Source: Phallusia mammillata (Eukaryota). From it: a stretch of 64,000 nucleotides of DNA. A program made the position numbers and the translations under genes. The stretch is from assembly GCA_965637545.1 (NCBI GenBank), contig OZ281501.1, forward strand, positions 12,152,001 through 12,216,000. The letters run 5' to 3'. Below the pieces are notes generated by a model that was not told where the DNA came from, searched no databases, and was given only the letters and a program-made list of their open reading frames with translations. Below are positions 44,001 to 54,530 of this stretch, one piece after another (the first letter of the stretch is position 1; every line of letters starts with the position of its first letter).

Positions 44001-47000
44001 TTTGACAACGACATAATAATATATTTCAAATGTATTTTAGATGTTGGCATTGTTTTTTGATAAATAACCTGAAGACGAATTTTAGTGTGGATCAAGCTTA
44101 TGATTTTTATGTGTATGTTGTTAAACATGATTTTCAATTTTTACCCTTGATACCAACGATTAACATTTCTGCTGCAAATAGCATTATTAAATTTAAATAT
44201 GATATCAAACAGAGAGAGAGCAAGTTTGACAGCAATGGCGATTCCACTTACCGATCCCTCTACCGGTCCCAAGCGGCGAATGGCTTCGCTACCCTATCAT
44301 GGAGAAGGAAACCTCAAAAGAAATAAAAGTGTTCCAGATTTTGATGCCAACACCGCGGCACCGGTGAATTTTTTCGGCCACGTGCCACACATCGTGGTCA
44401 CTAGGGGTCCTACTGGTTCCGATGGGGATTTCCCAACCCCGAGGAATCTCTCACGCGAGGACGAGCCATTCAACAAAAAATCGAAGAACGAATCACAATC
44501 TGAAAATGATGTAAGTTGAATAGTGACAAAGCTGTGTGTTGAGTAGTAGTAAGATGTATCGTACGATCCCAAGTTCCGTGCAAGACATCCGGTGTCCTTG
44601 ACCTTGACCTTGAAGACGCGTCGCAATTCCGAAGGAAGTCTTACCTTTGGGGGCAGGTGTTGTGATGCATATTTACAATTGCCAAACGATACTTACATAC
44701 TTAAACTTTTCATCTAGATGGCCGAGTGGCCTGCGCAGCCGCCTTGTGTTTACGAGGTTGTTGGTTCTAATCCTGTTACGGCAATTTGTGTTTTATTGAA
44801 CAATACACTTTATTGGTCCAACCCAGTGGAAATCGATGGGTTGAACTAAATTAAAGTCACCAAATGCCTAAGTTGAAAAAATCAAATAAACATGGTTCGA
44901 AGGACTTAAAAAAATGGCGATGGCAAACTAATTGCTACCATAACGCGGTCATGCGTTGTCTGCGCAACGATTGTAAAAATAAAACAAATAAACAATCGGC
45001 AAATCATATCATTAGAGTTTTTTTACGAAGCTAAGTTTTAAATGCTTTATATTACCTGTTTCATCCACTTCATTTTAGGCCCCGCAACTGCATTTTTCTG
45101 TTGGCCACACAACCAACTCTGACACGGACGCTACAGTGGTTGGAAATCCCAATAACCTGCAGATTAATGTTCTTCCATCCGATGACCCGAACGTCATTAA
45201 CCTAAACATTACTACCGCCTCGAGAGTGCCATCTTCCGACGATGCAAAGAGCCCAGTTTTGTTTGATGATCCTCCGGCGTTTTCACCATTGCAGGTAACA
45301 AACGAATTCAACGAATTTAGAAGCAAACATTTAGGCAAAAACTACCTAATAAATGTCGATTTTTGGCGTGTGTAGTTATATTTCTTTTGCTATACTCGGG
45401 GTTGCCATACCGTACTTATTTCTAAGATTTGTCCTTATTTTGAAGGGTTATGTCTTAGAAACGTTTATTGTCCTTATTTCTAAGAAATGTCCTTCTTTTT
45501 GACTTGCGTCCTTATTTTTGCTTATTTTCAACAATTACAAGGAACAAACTTAGTGAAATGACAGTCAAATCCCTGTCATAAGTAAAAGTAAACCAAGACC
45601 TGAGTCATGAGATGCACGAAGTATTCTTTATAAACAAGGAGTTGCTGGAACAGATTGTTTCTGGTCCAAATATTGCATATGATATGTCATGGCTCGTATA
45701 TGTGCAAATATTTGTTCAAAAACGTTTGTTTCGTTTCGTAGGAAAAGTTAATTTTTCGGTTGTCCTTATTTTGGGTTTCATGTCGATGGCAACCCTGGCT
45801 ATACTTAAAGTAAACGACCGGAAAACCGAAGACATAAGTAGACTATCACTTCACTGTGGATTGGCAAAGACGTCGCAAACTTTTATCCAATTTAAGGACA
45901 TATGACACGGATTTGAACACGAGCTTAAACAAGACCTGCTATTTTCCAATAATTTTGTATTCTTTAATGTTCACCATTGTAATTTGACAAGTATTAATGT
46001 GCTATACATAAAAATGACTAGCTTGCGTATAAGTGACTTAGTGTTCAGTTCACTACAACGTGTTATCGCTATTCAGGTTCAACCGATTGTGCCGATGACA
46101 GCGATAGCTCACCCCCCTTCTGCCACTTATGAAGCCGACATGGCTTCACTCACCAGCCCCCAACATCGGGTTGTTGAAATGCCATCTATACTTGTCGATA
46201 CAAGCGATTTGCCACCACCACCCGCACCTGAAGGTAGAGATAATGCATTGCTTTTTGTAGGTAGTTTTTTACTGTTGATTTATTTGAGATGAAGTTTCTT
46301 AAGTTATTTGAAACAAAACATTCGATGGAATCTGGTTTTTACTATTTGTGGAAAATATTCGATAAAACAACTTTTTCGACAATGGCTTTTAGGTTACAGA
46401 CATACTTCATGTTTCAAACGCATATTAAGTCGTACTGTTGCCTATGATTGACAATTCCAGCATTTAAAACATAAACAACTAAAATATTAACGTAAAATAT
46501 ATCTTTCTACAAAACAAGAACCAGAAATTTTACCTACACCGCTGGTCCCAGAAGTGATTATTGCACCACCAGCACCTGTGGTTCAACAGCAACCAATCGT
46601 ACACCATCCCATAGAACCATTAGTGATACCAGTACAAGCCAGTGCACCACCAATCACCACTACACGATCAATGGTGGTTCAAACTGCTCCAGAAATTCAG
46701 CAGCAACCTAACAACACAGTGGTGGAAATACCACAACCTTATGGTGGTCGCTATAGGTAAAAATTGTGCCAAGCAAAATTAGATGTTTTTTGCGTTCCGG
46801 CTAAGTTTTTTTTAAACTATAATGGCACTTAACATAATCTTAAAGAGCAATACGTAAATAAAGACATCCATTTGCATGCACTGATGATGACAACAGCGAT
46901 TGTTAAAAAGCCTGCAAAAGACATATTAAAGTCTGCAAAAAATCGACCTAAGCTCCTACATGCAGTTTTGTTTTGTGGATTAAGCCATTTATAAACGTGT

Positions 47001-50000
47001 TAATTTCTTACCTTTATTTTGTGAGTGTTGACTGATAGTTATTGTACCAGAGTTACCCTAACATGTTACGAGTTTAGTATGTCCTCATAAACGGCTTGCG
47101 ATTAAACGGCCTACATAATTTTTACTATGCTTTTACAGATCATTACCAGCTGACCAAAAAGCATTACGTCACGGAGGTGACAGTGGCATTGACCTTACCC
47201 ACTATGACGCACAACAGCGAGCACAAGAGGACGAGTATGTGTTTTATTTCAGTTTGATTGTTTTTTTTTGTTTCTGTTGCACAAAGAACAACTTGTTCTT
47301 GTTTTTAGCGATTCTGATTCGTCCAGTGATTCAGAGTATGACATGAAAAGCACCAACTCCAAACGAAAACTAAAAAATGCGGGTACGAAAGTAAACAATT
47401 TAAAGTTATTGTTTTACGCGAATGCTAATGCGCCCCTTCATATCACTGATGATGGCTTGAGCATTTGCCGAAACGTTTGAATAAAATAGCATGTCTTTTT
47501 TTACGTCTATTTGGGCCGTTTGATTCGCCATTAAACTTATGTACACACCCATGTAAGTGTTCAGTGAATGTTACATGTAATAAAAGTAATTGATAAATGG
47601 GCGGAAAGCTTAAACTAAACATTGCGAGGTGATGCTGGTTAATGTAATTATATTTTACACCAAATCATGTTAATACACGTATATTTCAGATGAACTCAAT
47701 CGTGGTGGTCTATCGGACAAGTATATTGAATGGTACAAGAGTCAATACATGAAGCCCACCTGTTGCTACTTGTTCACCAAGCATCTTATGTTTGTTCTAA
47801 ACTTGATCTTTCTGATTGTAAGTGACAGCCTGTCGAAAGTGTACTCGAAACACATTACTGTTGTTGTTTTTCACTCGTATCTGAATTCGCTTCATTTTAA
47901 GCTGAATGCAAACATTTCACAAAGACGTTTATGTCAGCAATATGCAGATAACAAACAAAACACAGTAAACTTCGGTTAATCCGATCCCGTTTGGACCAGA
48001 AAAAATGTCCGGATTAGGTGAAGATCCGGATTAATCGTTGTCGCTTAGTTAAAGCCGTACCACATTACAAATCATTGGTACAAGTTTTGTCCCAATTGGG
48101 CGAAGACGATTAACCGAATCCGGTTTAACCTAGGTTTACTGTACAGAAAGCAAAAAATGTCTAATCCTATATTGTTAAAAGCATTTCATTTTCTGTAAAT
48201 CCTCTTCCTTTAATCTAACGGCAAAATACTTAAAATGTTAGATTTTTGCAGTGACAAGTCAACAATAAAATTTACAATATCTCCAGATTGGTCTTGCTCT
48301 TATTGGATTGGGTCTATGGGGTATTATTGACATGATGGCCAGTGGAGTGATGGACGTGTGGCTTGTTGTATACGATCCACTCTTTCCAGTATTTGCACTT
48401 GGTGTTGTCATCACCCTCGTATGTTTCTTCGGTGCTGCCGGCTTCCTACGCGACAACATTTGTCTTCTAAAGTAAGAAAAAAAATTGGTTGTAAATACGA
48501 TATTCAAAACTACGGCTACAGCATGGTATTGAATCATGTATTTTCTGATTCTTTGTGTCAATTTGTGTTGAATTAAGCAACAAATTTAAGTATTATATTT
48601 CCAACAGGTGTTTTGGGAGTTTTTTGGTCATACTTTGTTTTTGTTTTGTTGGCGGAGGAATTTGCTTTTGGATTATGAAAACTACAATTCAAGTATTCGT
48701 AAGTAGTAGTTAATTTCAATTATTCGAGAAAGAATATAGAGTTAAGACACAAATTCTTAAAGTAGATTCGTCGAATCGGGCTTTCTGGGTCGGTTTCGGT
48801 CACCTATTTCGGGTGCTCACTACTCTGATTTAGCACCACACTATGTCTACAGTCTACAAACAGAAGTACGATAATCTTTTTTTGATTTAGACCACCAACT
48901 CCTTTGTAAACCTGGTGCAAGAATACAACTACACGACTAGGAAAGCTGCCTCATTCACAATGGATCAAATTCAAGGAACATTCGAATGCTGCGGATTTTC
49001 AGCCTATTCGGATTGGAACACAACAGCGTATGATAATTGGTGGATGTTAAAGTATGTTTTTCACACTTATTAAATTGTGTCCTTGTGTTCAGCGAGTACA
49101 GATGTTACGAGGACCAAACGTGCAACTTGCCACCGACCTGCTGCAAATTACAAGACACAACGGTTCGTTTATGTTCGGTCACAGTGTACCCAGCACAGTA
49201 TACCCTGTATACACGAGACCAGTGGTTCCCAACCAGGGGGAAATTCCCCACTAGGGGGAAATTTTGTAATTTGTAGGGGAGAATTTGGGTCACAATATTT
49301 ATCTCTTACTGGTTGTCTGTGCCATGTGTTGTTGCTGCATTTGCCATATATGAGCTGAGAAAAATTTGTAGAGGGAATTAGGTTTGAATATCGACTAAAA
49401 TGGTGCAGAGGACAAAAAAGGTTGGGAACCACTGCATTAGATTTATAAATAATACTTTTTTATCTTTGTGTTTGAACTTTGTGTTGCTATAGTTTTGTTC
49501 TATCGACACTTACATAATAATGTTCCACATCTTATTCAGCAAGCCGTTTTCATACAACACTGGGGCGAAAATGTTTTTTTCTAGAGCAAAGTAACATCGG
49601 TTTAACGTGGCTGGCTCTTACAAATCAGTAGCTATTTAAATCCTTGTGGAACAAACCTATACCACAAAAATAACACTTGGAAGCAAATATTGATAAGTTT
49701 ACTTGGTTTTAAATGTTCTGCAAAAATTATTGAAATTAACATTTTGTTTTTTGGATCTACAGGTGCCGTGCACAACTATTGCAGGTGAAAAAACTTTTTT
49801 CCATATAATTCGAATCTTATTCTTAACAAACAGTAGTCGAAATATTTCCCAATGCAAAAAATGCATAGGTGATGACTAAGGCGATTAATTTTTGATCTAA
49901 AAAAAGAAAAATTTTGACCTACAAATTAAAAATTTTGACAAATTTTTGACTTTTTTGACAAGTCAAAAAATAATCGCCCTAATGATGACCGATACTAAAA

Positions 50001-50731
50001 GTACCGCTTGTTATTGTGTTTGCTGCGAATAGTTTGTTTGCCAGTCAATGTTTATCGTCTCGATGCTAATAGAAATGTAATGTGATGTGCATTATAGGAA
50101 GTATTATCAACTACTGTTGTTTTAACTCAGGTTCACGCCATCGGCACGGATGCATTGATGCAATGTCATTGTGGGCGAGAAACCGTACTCCGCTTCTAGT
50201 CGGAGTTTGGTTAGGAATCATAGTTCTATTTTTTATCAATTTTGGATGCATCTACGCAATGGTAAGATGATGCAAATGCATGATTGATATGTCTTGCAAT
50301 GTTACCTTTTTTAAGCTTTTGAAACCACAAAAACGCCTTTAGGCAGTATCTTTGTCACAATCAATCATAAATAGCAAATAGCAAGTTTCGTTTTGCAAAC
50401 TGTGACATTAATAGCAGCCTTTATTTAAATTTAAACGTTCGATAAGGCATATGCAATTCAGTCTGGTAAAAACTTAATGAATAGCAACCAAAACACATAG
50501 GTTACCCGTAGATGTATGACTGACAAGACAGTGTTATTTGTAAAGCGCAATTTTTTTCGAAATGTTCCTAAAAATCGTTTGTACTTTTCATTTTAGGCCA
50601 AGGAAATAAAATATTTGAAATTGGTTCGCGACAAAATCTTCTCCATTGGTGAAACTTATTCGGACGGAGAAAGTCGGGTGATTTTCAACGGCAACGTTCG
50701 TCCAGAATTTGAACTTCCCTCGCAATACTGA
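38004..50731 (+). CDS. TspanC8-type tetraspanin with a ~1060-aa disordered N-terminal extension (27-exon model, ~1334 aa)
   Basis: Phase-compatible GT-AG exons: 38004-38030, 38102-38210, 38587-39282, 39587-39765, 40562-40687, 40844-40929, 41628-41786, 42152-42299, 42382-42419, 42755-42904, 43335-43452, 43598-43679, 43772-43880, 44213-44510, 45079-45294, 46077-46233, 46519-46756, 47139-47234, 47309-47382, 47690-47817, 48287-48471, 48608-48698, 48891-49027, 49093-49162, 49763-49784, 50131-50261, 50597-50731 (4005 nt). The tetraspanin part is confident: four hydrophobic segments, GFLRDNICLLK, CCG..DW, PPTCC, GC and 8 EC2 cysteines. Fusion to the upstream exons is a prediction. Confidence 0.75.
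44712..44990 (+). mobile_element. tRNA-derived SINE (boundaries approximate)
   Basis: Pol III A box TGGCCGAGTGG (44719-44729) and B box GGTTCTAATCC (44763-44773), followed by a core (...AATACACTT...TCCAACCCAGTGG...ATGGGTTG) resembling my recollection of the Ciona Cics-1 SINE. Confidence 0.7.
45397..45797. mobile_element. hAT (Blackjack-like) MITE
   Basis: TIR C(G/A)GGGTTGCCA / TGGCAACCCTG, internal GTCCTTATTT repeats, perfect 8-bp TSD GCTATACT. Confidence 0.9.
47963..48141. mobile_element. Tc1/pogo-like MITE
   Basis: Ends CAGTAAAC / GTTTACTG with right TA flank (left flank CA) and palindromic CCGGATTA/TAATCCG subterminal motifs. Confidence 0.6.
49220..49434. mobile_element. hAT-Charlie-like MITE
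   Basis: Perfect TIR CAGTGGTTCCCAACC / GGTTGGGAACCACTG; TSD degenerate (CACGAGAC / CATTAGAT). Confidence 0.8.
49877..49981. mobile_element. Tiny (105 bp) hAT-type MITE
   Basis: TIR TA(A/G)GGCGATTA.TTTTTGA; TSD GTGATGAC / ATGATGAC. Confidence 0.7.
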
Positions 50732-53700
50732 TCATTGAGATATTTGCAGCAAAACAAACTGAAATACAATTGTATGTTTTTGCAATGATCTATTTAATTA
50801 GTTTTCGCATATGTACCGCTGCCAGAAATACACCCTTCTTATTTCTGATGGGTAGGTGAAATTCCTACACTTTTGACGCAAGTCAGTGGTTGTTCTCGTT
50901 TCAACGCATTTATCTGTACTACTGAAACATTTACGCAAAAATACATGTAAAAAGATGCTCGAAATTTGTGTCTCATTGATATCCGTGATAAATGGACCAG
51001 GTATTCATAAGTACAAAACAAAACAGTCTTAAGACGTTCGGCTGAAAAAAGGGAAATATTTTGCACCCCTCATGGCGCACAGTAGAAGATATTTGTTTGT
51101 TTTTTGAGGAAATAAATACATGAAATATGTATAAGGCTACTTTCATTGGTCGAAGTCATGCTAAAGACAACCATATCCAACATCCACTTGCGGCGCCAAC
51201 GAGTATGGTTTGCGCCTCACTGTTAAAGCGGAAAGAGAAAAAAAACGTTTTTTTCAGATAAGATACCGAAATTCGCAAGTGCAGCAATAATAACAATTAC
51301 CACCGTTCTTCGTGAGTGTAATCACTTGTATGATGTTATAACCGACCCCTTGTGACGTAAGAACCGCAGAACGTCATTTTGTGTTGACTTTTTTACTTCG
51401 AACTGTCAAAATCAATTACGCCCCGCTGGTGAATAATAAGATTAAAATTTTCCCCAAGTGTTGTGAGGGTGTCACGTGGCGGGCACTTGTCGTCATGCAG
51501 CAGGAACACAGGGGACACTTGACAAGATGATTGCGGCACTGATGACTAACCGCAAAAGCTAAGTACTGGAAAATTCCCGTGTTGTCTAGAGGTGAAGCCT
51601 AACTGTAACTTTACCAAACAACATAAAAAAATGGTACACTGAGGTTTCATTGCGCTTTGACAGATTACTGGATATATTTCAACTTGTATGACAAATATTT
51701 CATTAAATCTTGACACAAACTAGACCGACCCTAGGATTGGGAGATTTTTTTCCCAAAACAGGAAAATACTGACTTGTTATCCGGAAGAAATCAGTCAACT
51801 AACCATGTTTCTCTGGTCGCAAACACGACAACCGTCACAATCAAACTTGTTTCAATTGATGCCTTTGTGCTTTCCCAATTTCCAATCAATCAGTCAACGG
51901 AAAATGGCGATCGACCATCGTTGGCGCCTTGAGGACAACTTTTTTCCATTATGGCTCGAGCACTTTAAGCGTATAAATAGAAATTAAATCAAAGTCAATG
52001 ATTAAAATCACAATTTGAAACGAGGTGGGCATTTGACGAAGCGACAAGGAGCACTCTGAGGGGACTTCGACCTTTTGATGCCCGGAAATCAGTGGTTGCG
52101 ATTTTCCAAGTTGACAAGTGAGAATGTCAGTTGGCAGCCAGTGGTCGGTCCGACCTCACAAGGCGCTGTGTTGTCGTAGGGCTTTCATTTCGTGCCAAAG
52201 CTGCTTCAGCATTTCATCGCCTTACCGCGGCGGCCCCTTCATTGTACAGTGCATGGGGACGAATTGTAATTGAGTGCCGCGAACGAAAACAAGCCCATTC
52301 CCGACTTAATAGCGACAAAGGCCTTTTCCATCACGCCGCGTCAAGCGATTGTGACAAATAGAGCCGTGCGTTGAAAGGCCGTCACCTCGAATTGACCCGG
52401 GTCAACTCGTCCATAAACGACGTCTGTCAGTGTCGTTATTCAACCGTAACGCAATTGACGTCATGTTTTGACGAGGGCTTCCAGCTTGCCGTCGATTTAC
52501 GACTTTGGAGAAATTGCAAACAATTGTTTATTGCCCGTGCGACCCCGAAGAGGCGACTTGGAGCCAAATTGGCGGGTGCTCAGAAATAAATCATGCATCC
52601 CTGATTGTTGACTTCCTCATAGCATTGTGAGCCAATAGCGGTTAAAAGTCAATCACCCTACAAGGTCACAGTTGGAGTATTATTTATTACTGAGTATGTC
52701 CATTTATTGTTGGCAAATCATTGCTGGAAATGTGCCATAAAACATAAGGTGGATGACAATTTAGGTTAGAAGCAATCTCAAGGTGCGTTCGATGAACTTC
52801 AGCGCTGGTCGCATGTTTTCTTGGTAACCAGCATTTTGTAAACATTTAACAAATCCGACTTACATTGAAGTACATTATCCAAGTATCAGGTTTTTGTACA
52901 AACAATCGATGCGCTAATTCAAGCTTTTTCTCCAGACTATAAACTACTTGAAGTTTCAAAATGCTGACTTGTGATGTCCCAGCAAACTTGCCGAAATGAA
53001 AGGCCGATTTACATCTTGAAACTCTCACTTCGATGCTTTGCCCAAACATAAGTGGCAATGAATGATATTTCCTTAAGTTGCGGAAAAGAGGCAACTGTGT
53101 TGATTACTCAAGTTTCCGAAGTATTTTTGAAACTCGCTAATTGGTGGTAAGGCATTGGATGTCAGAGGTTTGCTTACAACAACAAGACATGGGCTTGGCG
53201 GTGTCATTTGCTTGTCAACACTTAACGAGCTGGAAGGGAATGGGAGGAGGGATGCGTTTCGAACGTCTGTGAAAATATTGTGACATCGGAGTGAGATAAA
53301 TTGTTCGCTGTTTCGGCGTTGGCACCCACAGGCCCCGAACGAAAACCGCTGCAAAAACAACTTGGTTTCGGCGTTCCACGGGACCCGACCAGGCCCAGGC
53401 ATTGTGTATCCCGACAACAAAGTGGTTTGAAAACAGGAAGACCAATCTTCGTCGAAATTCCTTTAGGATCTGTGTGTTTGTGGCAACCCTGGAGCGGTCA
53501 TTTACATTCCGACTTTACAAGATTACTGCCCACCCCACCAGAAAAGTTGACCCTTAATCAGCGCTTGGTCCTTTTGAAGGTCCGAACCCTGAGCTAATCT
53601 CATTCGTGCGCATTAAGTGCAAGCTTGTGAAACACTGCCGGGCATGTCCAGTTAAGTGAGCTCGCGTAACGGATCACTTCAATGGCTCGGATTTGTGTTG

Positions 53701-54451
53701 CCTGGTGATGAAAAATAATGAAGATTTAAGGACACAAGGCTGACACTAAGTCTCCGTACCTTTTGGGTGATGCATGCACTGCCTCGCAAGATCAAGAATA
53801 AGTGCTCGGATGAGGTTTGCTTGGCCGCACACCGATCCCTGACTGTGATGCGGCTTTGCGGTGTGTCTGTTTGACCAATTGGATTATTTCCAATGGGCCC
53901 CTGTTGCACAAGGTCGCTCAGTCTTGGTCAGCGGTGACATTATCTTTCGTCGGCCCGTGAGGAGCGGATTAAACCCATTCACCCATGAAGAGCTTTTAGT
54001 CATTGTTTAGGATTGTAAATATACTGCACTTTTTTGCGACTTCTTCAAAAACGGTTAAACAGTTTAAAGGGTGTATTTCCTATATATTTCCACCATTCTG
54101 CATAGGATCAACTAGCAGGTTTGATTGATTTCGCTCTTCTTTTTCCGGTATGGCTTTGTACCAAAAGTAGGTTGGAATTGGAAACATAAGCGCACACTTA
54201 TCCAGGCAGAAATTAACATCATCAACAAATTACTCATCTGATATTATCAAATATATGCCAAAGTCAGGTACGAATTTAAACCATTTGCAACAATTAAAGA
54301 AACAGTAATTGTGAAAGATTGACACCTGAGGTGATCGGGTTTGATAAAGCGGGGCACTTAACACTTTGGAGCATGGGAAACTACTAAACCTGAGAGCCTG
54401 TCTCACGTTGCACGCGTCCAAAGTAATAAAAACAAATCCCCACCGGACGCG

Positions 54452-54530
54452 GGGTCACTTTCAAGGGTCACGTAAGGTCAAAAACAGTTGTGACCCGTAT
54501 TTTGGTCGGTCGCTGACCTCGGGTGAGTCA
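54452..54530. promoter_or_regulatory. Cluster of nuclear-receptor half-sites plus an AP-1 site
   Basis: GGGTCA (54452, 54465), AGGTCA (54475; DR4 with the preceding site), TGACCC (54491), TGACCT (54514), then TGAGTCA. Confidence 0.4.

Noticed and set aside
44596-44612. TGACCTTGACCT (DR0, GCNF-type) in a tetraspanin intron
   Set aside because: A single short motif next to a SINE; similar strings occur in repeats, so support is insufficient.
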